DNA of 64,000 bases from Bacilli bacterium (lineage in GTDB: Bacteria; Bacillota_I; Bacilli_A; RF39; UBA660). Shown one piece after another: positions 55,807 to 64,000 of this stretch; positions within the stretch are counted from its first letter, which is position 1, and each line of letters starts with the position of its first letter. Location: contig JAFTRC010000058.1 in the NCBI GenBank assembly GCA_017462455.1, positions 123 to 64,122 on the forward strand. Reading direction: 5' to 3'. A program made the translations under genes and the position numbers. The notes beneath the pieces are model-generated. The model was not told the origin of the DNA. It made no database searches and saw nothing but the letters and a program-made list of their open reading frames with translations.

Positions 55807-55813
55807 TTTCTTT

Positions 55814-57301
55814 TTATAAAGTTATACTTGTATTTATTCCCATAGGTAATCCTATTAAATACCACCCAAATATTATAACTATCCATACAAGTGACAATAT
55901 AAGCACTACCGGCATTATCTTTTTCATTGTACTTATTATACTTGTATTTGAATCTTTATCATATTTATACATAAATCCTATTGTTATTATTAAATATATA
56001 TATATTGGTGAAAATAATTTACCTATAGAATCAGCAGCTAAGAAAATCATTTGTGTGAACGAAGGAGATATATTAGCTCTCATAAGTAATGGTACATATA
56101 TAGGAGCTATTATATTCCACTTAGCTATCGAACTTGGAATAAATATTGATATTAATACTATTGATAAGAAAGCTACTACAATAAGTATTAATCCTGTTAA
56201 ATTACTTGTTCCTATAAAGTCTACTATATTAGTAGCAATCACTGTAGTTATATTTGTCCAATCTATTATTTCATATAATATTGAAGAAAAAAATATCAAT
56301 ACTAATACATAGCCTGTTCCTTCAAATGATTTAGTTAATGCATTACTGTAATCCCCACTATTTTTTATATTTCTAGATACAGTACCATATATAAATCCAC
56401 ACACCATTAATATTCCTATTATTAAGAACATCAATCCTTGACTAAGTGGTGAAGATGCCCCAAATAATTTTCCTATATATGTTGGTTCAGTCATATCAAG
56501 CAATAAGCCTGACTTTGGTAAACCTGGAATTAAGCAATATACAAATAGTATCATCATTAATATAAAAGCTATTAAAGTGATTCTACTTGCTTTTTTAGAT
56601 ATATTTAAATTATCTGTTTGTTCATTCCTAGGATATTTTTTAGCAAACATTTCTAATACTATTGTTCCTACCATTGTTAGAGCTACTGTTGAAACAAGCA
56701 TTATAAATATGTTTGATAATAATTCATAATTATAATTTTCTGTTATACTTTGAGCCGCTAATTCAGTTATATCACCTAACTGATATGCTTCATAATTATA
56801 AATTACTCCAGTTCCATAACCTATTGTTATAGCTATAAACATAGTGAGTACACCTAAACTAGAACTTCTTCCTATATATTTATATAATATTCCAGCAAGG
56901 GGTAATAAAAGTGCATAACTATAATCACCTATTATTGTAGATATTATTCCAACAAACATAACAAGCATTGTTACGTATTTTGGTTTGATTTTTTTTAATG
57001 GAATAAATATTTGTTTTAATAGTCCACTAGCTTCTAAAATCGATACAGCTATTAGTGATAATATTACTAATACCAACGGTTCAAGTGTTTGAAAATTTAC
57101 TAGAGAATTATCTAACATGTGACTAATACCTGCACTACTAAATATGTTTTTTACAACTACTAAAGTTGTTTCAAATGTTCCTGCTTCAGTTATATATCCA
57201 CTAGCTCCTAACAGTTTTAGGACAAAACTCAATACCACAACTATCGAAGCTAAAAGAAGTATCTCTACAACAGGGCCAATATTTCTTTTTTTTCTTTTCA
57301 C
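55814..57301 (-). CDS. AbgT-family (aminobenzoyl-glutamate-type) transporter
   Basis: 495-aa polytopic protein. The N-terminal region (GYITEAG...VVKNIFSSAGISHMLDNSLVNF...LEASGL) matches the AbgT/MtrF pattern. Confidence 0.65.
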   Translation of the reverse strand: MKRKKRNIGPVVEILLLASIVVVLSFVLKLLGASGYITEAGTFETTLVVVKNIFSSAGISHMLDNSLVNFQTLEPLVLVILSLIAVSILEASGLLKQIFIPLKKIKPKYVTMLVMFVGIISTIIGDYSYALLLPLAGILYKYIGRSSSLGVLTMFIAITIGYGTGVIYNYEAYQLGDITELAAQSITENYNYELLSNIFIMLVSTVALTMVGTIVLEMFAKKYPRNEQTDNLNISKKASRITLIAFILMMILFVYCLIPGLPKSGLLLDMTEPTYIGKLFGASSPLSQGLMFLIIGILMVCGFIYGTVSRNIKNSGDYSNALTKSFEGTGYVLVLIFFSSILYEIIDWTNITTVIATNIVDFIGTSNLTGLILIVVAFLSIVLISIFIPSSIAKWNIIAPIYVPLLMRANISPSFTQMIFLAADSIGKLFSPIYIYLIITIGFMYKYDKDSNTSIISTMKKIMPVVLILSLVWIVIIFGWYLIGLPMGINTSITL

Positions 57302-57312
57302 AAAAAATCCTC

Positions 57313-57501
57313 CTAATACTTTATGATTTTCTTTAATTTCTTATTAAAATCTATTCTAGGTATCATTATGGATCTTCCACATTTTATACATTTTATTTTT
57401 ATATCTGCTCCTAAACGAGTTATTTCCCACTCGTTAGATCCACAAGGATGATCTTTTTTCATTGTAACAATGCTGCCAATTTTATATTCTTTATCCATCA
57501 T
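57313..57501 (-). CDS. DUF951-family small protein (YyzM-like)
   Basis: 62 aa with the HPCGSNEWEI...CIKCGR motif. Conserved position between ychF and parB in Firmicutes. Confidence 0.75.
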   Translation of the reverse strand: MMDKEYKIGSIVTMKKDHPCGSNEWEITRLGADIKIKCIKCGRSIMIPRIDFNKKLKKIIKY

Positions 57502-57512
57502 GTACCACCACC

Positions 57513-58265
57513 TTAAGGCATTTTTATATCGTTTTTATTTAATGTTAGAACTATTTCTCTTTTTAATTCATTTTCTAATTTAAATTGATCTGAGAAATTT
57601 GATAAAGCAACTATTCTAAATTTTATACTGCCTTTTAATATTTCATTTATTCCTGAACAAAATATTTTTTTTAATTTATATTCTTCTTTTAGTCTTAAAC
57701 ATAACTCATCTAGAATTTTTTTTACTTCATCGACATTACAAGTATTTACTACTTCGACATCTACTACTAAATTAACATTCTCTAAACTATAATTTATTAT
57801 CTCAGTAATATTTCTGTTATATATTATTTTTACTTCTCCTGTATATGATTTCAACCTAGTTGTTCTCAAACTTGAAGGCATAACTTGTCCTTTGAAATTA
57901 TTAATACTTACCCAATCACCTATAGAAAATTGTCTTTCAAATATAATCGTCATACCTACAATAAAATCCTTCAGCATATCTTGTAAGGCAAGTCCTGTTA
58001 TAAGTCCAACTATACCAAACGAAGCTATTAATGATTTTGTATCTACTCCATATATTTCTAAAATTACAAGAGTACCTAATATTACAATTACAACTATAGC
58101 TATGTTGTTAATTAAATTTAATAATGTTTTTTGTCTACGTTCATTATTTTTATTTAGTTTTTTCTCAATCTTATTTAAAATAGTTTTAACTAACAAATAT
58201 ATTAATATGCATACTAAAACCACTATAATAGGACCTATTGTCTCTTTTTTTAGTAATTCATTCAT
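57513..58265 (-). CDS. small mechanosensitive ion channel (MscS family)
   Basis: Three TM segments plus a beta domain (GDWVSINNFKGQV). Confidence 0.75.
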   Translation of the reverse strand: MNELLKKETIGPIIVVLVCILIYLLVKTILNKIEKKLNKNNERRQKTLLNLINNIAIVVIVILGTLVILEIYGVDTKSLIASFGIVGLITGLALQDMLKDFIVGMTIIFERQFSIGDWVSINNFKGQVMPSSLRTTRLKSYTGEVKIIYNRNITEIINYSLENVNLVVDVEVVNTCNVDEVKKILDELCLRLKEEYKLKKIFCSGINEILKGSIKFRIVALSNFSDQFKLENELKREIVLTLNKNDIKMP

Positions 58266-58266
58266 A

Positions 58267-59151
58267 CTATTCTCTTACATTTAAAACTTCTAATATTCTG
58301 TTTAAATCAGCAACATTAGTAAATGTTATCTCTATTTTTTTATCTTTAATTTTTACTTTTGTATCTAATTTTTCTATTAATAATTCTTCAACATATTTAT
58401 AGTCATTATTTACTGGTTTAGTATGTCTTTCTATTTTTATCTTTTTATTTTGAGTTTCTGCTTCTTGTTCTAATTCTCTTACAGGAATTTTTCTATTTAC
58501 TATTTCATGTGCCATTTCAATAATCTTTTGATTATCTTCTAATTTACTCAAAACACGCGCATGTCCCATACTGATTTTGTTGTTAGCAACCATTTCTTGA
58601 ACTTCTTTTGGAAGTCTCAAAAGCCCTAATATATTTGTAATATGGCTTCTGCTTTTACCAACTTTTTTAGAAAGTTCTTCTTGTGTTAAAGAAAGTTTTT
58701 CTATCATTGATTTATAAGCAATTGCTTCTTCTATGGCACTTAAATTTTCTCTTTGTAAGTTTTCAAGTAATGCTATCTCCATCATTTGTTCATCATTTAA
58801 GTTACGGATTATTGCAGGTATCTTTTCTAAACCTGCCATACGAGAAGCTCTAACTCTTCTTTCTCCTGCGATTATTTCATAACCTTTTATACTTTTCTTA
58901 ACTATAATTGGTTGAAAAACTCCGTGTTCTTTTATTGATTCTGCTAAATCACTCAAAGCTTCATCATTAAAAACTTTTCTTGGTTGGTATGGATTAGCTC
59001 TTAATTCATTTAAATTTATATCTATAATTTCCTCATTTGTTGCAGTTTCATAAACTGTTTTTTCAAAACTATTTAAATCTAAATTTTCATTATTGAATAA
59101 TTGTTCTAAACCTTTACCAAGTGCTCTTTTCTTAGTTTCCATTTCTTTCAA
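58267..59151 (-). CDS. parB: chromosome partitioning protein ParB/Spo0J
   Basis: Contains NPYQPRK and EIIAGERRVRAS, plus an HTH. Confidence 0.9.
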   Translation of the reverse strand: MKEMETKKRALGKGLEQLFNNENLDLNSFEKTVYETATNEEIIDINLNELRANPYQPRKVFNDEALSDLAESIKEHGVFQPIIVKKSIKGYEIIAGERRVRASRMAGLEKIPAIIRNLNDEQMMEIALLENLQRENLSAIEEAIAYKSMIEKLSLTQEELSKKVGKSRSHITNILGLLRLPKEVQEMVANNKISMGHARVLSKLEDNQKIIEMAHEIVNRKIPVRELEQEAETQNKKIKIERHTKPVNNDYKYVEELLIEKLDTKVKIKDKKIEITFTNVADLNRILEVLNVRE

Positions 59152-59917
59152 TCACCTCTTTGGCTAAATTTATATAAGCTTCAGTCCCTCTACTTCTAGG
59201 ATCATATGCATGTATTGGTTTTCCATGACTTGGAGCTTCTGAAAGTCTTACAAGTCTTGGAATTATAGTATCATACACTTTTTCTTTAAAGTAACTTTTA
59301 ATTTCTTCTACTACTTCAAGACCTAGATTAGTACGATTATCTAACATTGTTAGTAATACTCCTTCTATATCTAAACTAGGATTTAATTTCTTTTGAGCTA
59401 TCATAATAGAATTTAATAACTGCATAATTCCTTCAAGTGCGAAAAATTCACATTGTACTGGAATTATTACAGAATTTGAAGCAGCAAGTGCATTAGTAGT
59501 AATAAGTCCAAGTGAAGGCGGACAATCTAGTATTATGTAATCAAATACTTCTTTAATCTCACCTAAATATTTTTTTAATTGTAATTGTGGAACAAATTCT
59601 GGATTATTTCTTGCCATATCCATAAGTTCCATATCTACACCAGCTAGATTTATTGATGCAGGAATTACATATAAATTTTTAAATCTTGTTTTAGCTACTA
59701 CTCTTTTTACATCTGCTCTATCTACTAAAAGTTCATAAATACTACTTTCCAAATCACCTTTATTTACTCCAACTCCTGTAGTACTATTTCCTTGAGGATC
59801 TAAGTCTACAAGTAAAGTTTTTTTACCTAAAAGTCCTAGGGAAGCCGCTAAATTTATACTAGAGGTAGTTTTACCTACTCCACCTTTTTGATTAACGAAT
59901 GCTATTATCTTTCCCAT
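59132..59917 (-). CDS. parA: chromosome partitioning ATPase ParA/Soj
   Basis: Trimmed to MGKIIAFVNQKGGVGKTT (deviant Walker A). Confidence 0.9.
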   Translation of the reverse strand: MGKIIAFVNQKGGVGKTTSSINLAASLGLLGKKTLLVDLDPQGNSTTGVGVNKGDLESSIYELLVDRADVKRVVAKTRFKNLYVIPASINLAGVDMELMDMARNNPEFVPQLQLKKYLGEIKEVFDYIILDCPPSLGLITTNALAASNSVIIPVQCEFFALEGIMQLLNSIMIAQKKLNPSLDIEGVLLTMLDNRTNLGLEVVEEIKSYFKEKVYDTIIPRLVRLSEAPSHGKPIHAYDPRSRGTEAYINLAKEVIERNGN

Positions 59918-60040
59918 TTTTTCACCTTTTCTCATTTTTCTTTTATATTTATATATAAATAGTTTAACACATTTTCTTAAATAAATCTATCTTTTGATAT
60001 AATTAAAAATTATTTTTCATAGTATTAATTAGGTGATTAT

Positions 60041-61000
60041 TTGAAAAAGGTTTTAATTTTATTTGGCGGAAACTCTTATGAACACGAAGTTTCTTGTAAA
60101 TCAGTTAATTTTGTTATTGATAATATAGATGAAAATATTTTTGATTATAAATTGGTTGGAATTGATTTTGATAATACCTGGTACGAAATAAAAGAAAAAT
60201 GTATTATTGACAATAATTGGAAAAATAACTCAACAAAAAAAGTACATAATATTATTGAATATATTAAAAGTTTTGATATTGTATTCCCCTTAATACATGG
60301 TAATACAGGAGAAGATGGCAAACTTCAAAGTTTATTTGAATTATGTGAAGTTAAGTATGTAGGATGTGATTCCTATAGTAGTTTAGTGTGTTATGACAAA
60401 TTATTAACTAAATTAATATTAGAAAAATATTCAATTCCTCAAGTTCCTTATACCATTTATAATAATGATATTAATTTTAATGATTTAGAGTATCCAGTGA
60501 TTATTAAACCCTGTAAATGTGGTTCTTCCATTGGTATAAGTGTAGCTAATAATAAAAATGAAATGAAAAAAGCTATTAAATTAGCTTTAAAATATGATAA
60601 AAATATCATCATCGAAAAATTTATAAAGAACAACAGAGAGTTAGAATGTGCGATATTAGATACCAAAAAATTAATTATTTCTGATATTGGTGAAATTAGT
60701 AATGACGGAACTTGGTATGATTATGATTCTAAATATACTTTAAAAAAAGATACTTTTATTTCTGACATAGATGATAAATTAAAATTAGAAATACAAACAT
60801 ATTGTAAAAAAATTTTTAAAATTTTAGGATGCAAGGATTTGAGTAGAATTGACTTTTTATATGATACAGATAACAAAAGGTTATATTTTAATGAAATCAA
60901 CACAATGCCTGGGTTTACAGAAATAAGTATGTATCCAAAACTTATTAAAAATTCAGGCATAGATTTTAAAAAATTAATATTATGGTTACTCGACCAATAG
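60041..61000 (+). CDS. ddl: D-alanine--D-alanine ligase
   Basis: TTG start 6 nt after AGGTGA. Contains LFGGNSYEHEVS and an ATP-grasp C-terminal half. Confidence 0.85.
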   Translation: MKKVLILFGGNSYEHEVSCKSVNFVIDNIDENIFDYKLVGIDFDNTWYEIKEKCIIDNNWKNNSTKKVHNIIEYIKSFDIVFPLIHGNTGEDGKLQSLFELCEVKYVGCDSYSSLVCYDKLLTKLILEKYSIPQVPYTIYNNDINFNDLEYPVIIKPCKCGSSIGISVANNKNEMKKAIKLALKYDKNIIIEKFIKNNRELECAILDTKKLIISDIGEISNDGTWYDYDSKYTLKKDTFISDIDDKLKLEIQTYCKKIFKILGCKDLSRIDFLYDTDNKRLYFNEINTMPGFTEISMYPKLIKNSGIDFKKLILWLLDQ

Positions 61001-61057
61001 ACTATATGTCTATAAAATAAAACGTAAAACTATGAGAAAATTAGGTTGGTGATATAT

Positions 61058-61309
61058 ATGGCAGTAAAAAAGCAATCTGATATTTATAACATTATTGGAA
61101 AGAATATCAAAAAGTATAGAAAGAAAAAAGGTCTTAAACAAAGAGAACTAGCTGAAGCACTATATTTAAGTGACAGTTTTATAGCAAAACTAGAGTCAAT
61201 TACTCACCAAACAATTTCAATAGATACTCTAGAAGATATTGCTAATGTACTTGATTGTGATATTAGAGATTTCTTTGATAGAGATGTTATGGAAGATAGC
61301 AAGAAATAA
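61058..61309 (+). CDS. XRE-family HTH transcriptional regulator
   Basis: Trimmed to MAVKKQSD. HTH around LKQRELAEALYLSDSFIAKLE. Confidence 0.7.
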   Translation: MAVKKQSDIYNIIGKNIKKYRKKKGLKQRELAEALYLSDSFIAKLESITHQTISIDTLEDIANVLDCDIRDFFDRDVMEDSKK

Positions 61310-61329
61310 TTCTTGTTATTTTTTTATAG

Positions 61330-61366
61330 AAAAAGATATAGTGTAAAACATCACTATATCTTTTTT
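61330..61366. terminator. bidirectional terminator between the XRE gene and typA
   Basis: aaaaagatatagtg / cactatatcttttt. Confidence 0.6.
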
Positions 61367-63168
61367 GCATCTTGTTTTTTTCTCATTTCAGTATTTAATA
61401 TTTTCTTTCTCATTCTGTAACTTACCGGAGTTACTTCTACAAGTTCATCATCATTTATATAATCTAAACAAATCTCTAAACTCATAGTTCTTGGTCTTTT
61501 TAATACTACTGTATGATCTTTACTAGATGAACGAGTATTTGTTAAGTTTTTACCTTTAACTACATTTACTGCAAGGTCGTTATCATGGTTATTTTCACCA
61601 ACTATCATACCTTCATAAACGTCTGTTCCAGGTTCAATAAACATAATTCCTCTATCTTCAAGATTTCCTAATGAATAAGCGGTTGCTTTTCCATTTTCCA
61701 TAGAAACTAAAACACCATTTTTACGAGAACCTACTGTAGAGCCAGCTTCTTTTCTATACTCTTTATAAGTATGATTTAAGATACCATATCCTTTAGTCAT
61801 TGTCATAAATTCAGTTGAAAAACCAATTAATCCTCTAGTCGGAACTGTGTAATGAAGTTTAACTTGATTTTCTGAGCTTGTCATATTTTCCATTACACCT
61901 TCACGGTTACCAAGTGCTTCTATAACTGAACCTACAAATTCTTCTGGAACATCTATTTGAACATCTTCAAATGGTTCACATATTTCTCCATCTATCTCTT
62001 TTTTTATTATTGCTGGTTTAGATACTTGAAGTTCAAATCCTTCTCTTCTCATATTTTCTATTAATATTGAAAGGTGTAACTCACCACGTCCTGATACTAT
62101 AAATGATTCCCCATCATTTGGAACAGGTGCAACTTTTAAAGATACGTCTCTTTCAGTTTCTTTAAGTAATCTTTCTTCTATTTTTCTAGCAGTTACTATT
62201 TTACCTTCTCTACCACAGAATGGTGAAGTATTAACTCCAAATGTCATTTGAAGTGTTGGCTCATCTATTCTTAGGAGTGGTAGTGGATCTTCTAACCCTA
62301 TTTCACATACTGTTTCACCTACTGAAATATCAGGAAGTCCTGCTATAGCTATAATATCGCCTGCATGAGCTTCTTCTATTTCAACTCTTTTAAGTCCTAA
62401 GAAACCATACATTTTGGCTATTCTAAATTGTTTAATACTTCCATCTACTCTACAGCACGATACCATTTGATTTACTTTGATGCTGCCTCTTTTTACAAGT
62501 CCTATACCAATTCTTCCTACGAAATCATTATAGTCCAGTAAAGCTGGTTGGAATTGTAATGAACCTTCTTCATTTTTTGGAGCTGGAATATTTTCTATAA
62601 TCATATCAAGTACTTTAGTCATATCTGGCTCTTGTGTACTTAAATCATCAGAAAAGCTTGATGTACCATTAATAGCTGAAACATAAACTATTGGGAAATC
62701 TAAATCATCAATATCCGCACCTAATTCAATAAATAAATCCATTACTTCATCTATTACTTCTTTAGGTCTAGCTGATTCTTTATCTATTTTGTTTACTACT
62801 ACTATTGGTTTAACTCCTGCATCTAGCGCTTTTTTAAGAACAAATCTAGTTTGTGGCATTGTTCCTTCATAAGCATCTACAACAAGTAATACACCATCAA
62901 CCATATTAACTATTCTTTCTACTTCTCCACCAAAATCAGCATGACCTGGAGTATCTAGAATATTAATTCTATAGTCTTTATAGTTAATAGCAGTTGTTTT
63001 AGCAAGTATTGTAATTCCTCTTTCTTTTTCTATATCATTAGAATCCATTACTCTTTCTTGAACTTCTTCATTATCTCTAAATGTACCACTTGCTTGTAAT
63101 AATTTATCTACAAGTGTTGTTTTACCATGGTCTACGTGAGCTATGATTGCTATATTTCTTTTTTTCAT
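61354..63168 (-). CDS. typA: translational GTPase TypA/BipA
   Basis: Trimmed to MKKRNIAIIAHVDHGKTTLVD. EF-G-like domain order. Confidence 0.95.
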   Translation of the reverse strand: MKKRNIAIIAHVDHGKTTLVDKLLQASGTFRDNEEVQERVMDSNDIEKERGITILAKTTAINYKDYRINILDTPGHADFGGEVERIVNMVDGVLLVVDAYEGTMPQTRFVLKKALDAGVKPIVVVNKIDKESARPKEVIDEVMDLFIELGADIDDLDFPIVYVSAINGTSSFSDDLSTQEPDMTKVLDMIIENIPAPKNEEGSLQFQPALLDYNDFVGRIGIGLVKRGSIKVNQMVSCCRVDGSIKQFRIAKMYGFLGLKRVEIEEAHAGDIIAIAGLPDISVGETVCEIGLEDPLPLLRIDEPTLQMTFGVNTSPFCGREGKIVTARKIEERLLKETERDVSLKVAPVPNDGESFIVSGRGELHLSILIENMRREGFELQVSKPAIIKKEIDGEICEPFEDVQIDVPEEFVGSVIEALGNREGVMENMTSSENQVKLHYTVPTRGLIGFSTEFMTMTKGYGILNHTYKEYRKEAGSTVGSRKNGVLVSMENGKATAYSLGNLEDRGIMFIEPGTDVYEGMIVGENNHDNDLAVNVVKGKNLTNTRSSSKDHTVVLKRPRTMSLEICLDYINDDELVEVTPVSYRMRKKILNTEMRKKQDAKKI

Positions 63169-63479
63169 TTTATACACTTCCTTCGAAACACGTTTACCAT
63201 TATAGCACATTCTCATAAAAAATCAAATTCTTTATATAAAAAAACTAAATTAATCAACAATTTAGTTTATGAATTATTATCTTACTTTTATATTTTGATC
63301 TTCTACAAAACGATAAGTATCTTAAAAATCTCTTTTTGAAATTCCATACATATCATCTACATTAGTAATAATTATATTTGTAAATACAGTTTAAGATCAA
63401 AAATATTTTTTTCTTAAAAATTTACAAAAAACTGTATATAGTTTTTTTATTTCATTGTATAATTATATTAGGTGATTAT

Positions 63480-64000
63480 GTGAAAAAAATATTTTTAACT
63501 TTATTTTTATTTTTTATTGGAATAATTGGGGTAAGTGCAAAAACTATAGAAGTTGAATTTAGTGAATGCGTTGATGGGGATACAGCTAAATTTATTTATA
63601 AAGATGAAGAAATAACTGCTAGATTTTTAGCCATTGATACTCCTGAAACAGTACATCCAACTAAAGATGTAGAAGAATTTGGTAAAGAAGCAAGTGATTA
63701 TACTTGTAATAAAATTAAAAATGCAGAGGAAATTAAGCTAGAATATGACGAAGATTCTGATGAAACTGATAAATATGATAGACATTTAGTTTGGGTATTT
63801 GTTGATGGGCAGTTACTTCAAAAGAAGTTAATTAGTAAAGGGTATGCGAGTGTCGCTTATCTTTATGGAGATTATAAATATACAGAAGAATTAGAAATTA
63901 CTGAACAAGAAGCTGAGGATAATAAGCTAGGTATTTGGTCTTTAGAAGATACAACAGAAGAAACTGAAGAAAAAGATGCTGAAGAAGAAACTCAGACAGA
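63480..64000 (+). CDS. secreted thermonuclease (SNase-like) family protein, 3'-truncated by the window edge
   Basis: Not in the ORF track. GTG start at 63480 follows AGGTGA. Manual translation gives MKKIFLTLFLFFIGIIGVSAKTIEVEFSECVDGDTAKF...ARFLAIDTPE...YDRHLVWVF, carrying the SNase catalytic motifs. Confidence 0.7.
   Translation, partial: MKKIFLTLFLFFIGIIGVSAKTIEVEFSECVDGDTAKFIYKDEEITARFLAIDTPETVHPTKDVEEFGKEASDYTCNKIKNAEEIKLEYDEDSDETDKYDRHLVWVFVDGQLLQKKLISKGYASVAYLYGDYKYTEELEITEQEAEDNKLGIWSLEDTTEETEEKDAEEETQT

Noticed and set aside
60029-60047. Shared string ttaggtgattat(t/g)tgaaaaa upstream of ddl (60029) and the nuclease gene (63468), with a similar ttaggtgatt at 514. Considered as a possible repeat or regulatory box.
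   Set aside because: AGGTGAT is simply an extended Shine-Dalgarno complement of the 16S rRNA 3' end, followed by a non-ATG start and Lys codons. No wider similarity exists around the sites.

Overview
This is a visibly AT-rich chromosomal segment from a low-GC, endospore-forming Firmicute. It uses the standard genetic code (TGA serves as a stop), and about 85% of the genes are on the minus strand. I saw no rRNA gene, tRNA gene, CRISPR array, transposase or integrase.

Core content, from high to low coordinate on the minus strand:
- typA, parA-parB, an mscS-family gene, a DUF951 gene, an abgT-family gene and ychF, then rpsF-ssb-rpsR.
- A SigA/RpoD-like sigma factor.
- A complete S10-spc-alpha ribosomal cluster (rpsJ to rplQ, 50994 to 36922). 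It includes secY-adk-map-infA-rpmJ but has no rpmD.
- An agr-type quorum-sensing locus: agrB and an unannotated agrD on the plus strand, convergent with agrC/agrA-like genes.
- csp, hpf and secA, then four membrane or thioredoxin-like genes of unknown function.
- trpS and rplM-rpsI.
- A 3.4-kb accessory stretch, followed by a MATE/cytidylate-kinase-like fusion, a CDF transporter, a GDPD-family gene, gmk and RNA-modification genes.
- cwlD, dacB-spmA-spmB and rluB.
- A gerA-type germinant receptor operon (plus strand).
- A divergent ecfA-ecfA'-ecfT-truA block.

Most interesting signal: the stretch downstream of rpsI (about 21.1-24.3 kb) is divided by three copies of a roughly 240-bp composite unit. 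Each unit contains a look-alike of the last codons plus stop of rpsI (F-S/T-K-R-stop), an intrinsic terminator, and arrays of 11-bp-phased GTA-N3-TAC palindromic iterons. The inner triplets of the iterons differ between units. The units bracket one- or two-gene modules, each with a near-identical extended -10 promoter. This looks like tandem site-specific insertion (an att-like accretion or cassette array) at the 3' end of rpsI, with no recombinase in the window.

Other points worth a second look:
- A promoter-proximal terminator in front of the MATE fusion gene.
- An ATT-initiated spmB.
- An ECF module whose ATPase motifs are degenerate.
- A Cys-cluster TrpRS.
- Loss of L30 from the spc operon.
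- Terminal extensions on S5 and L3.
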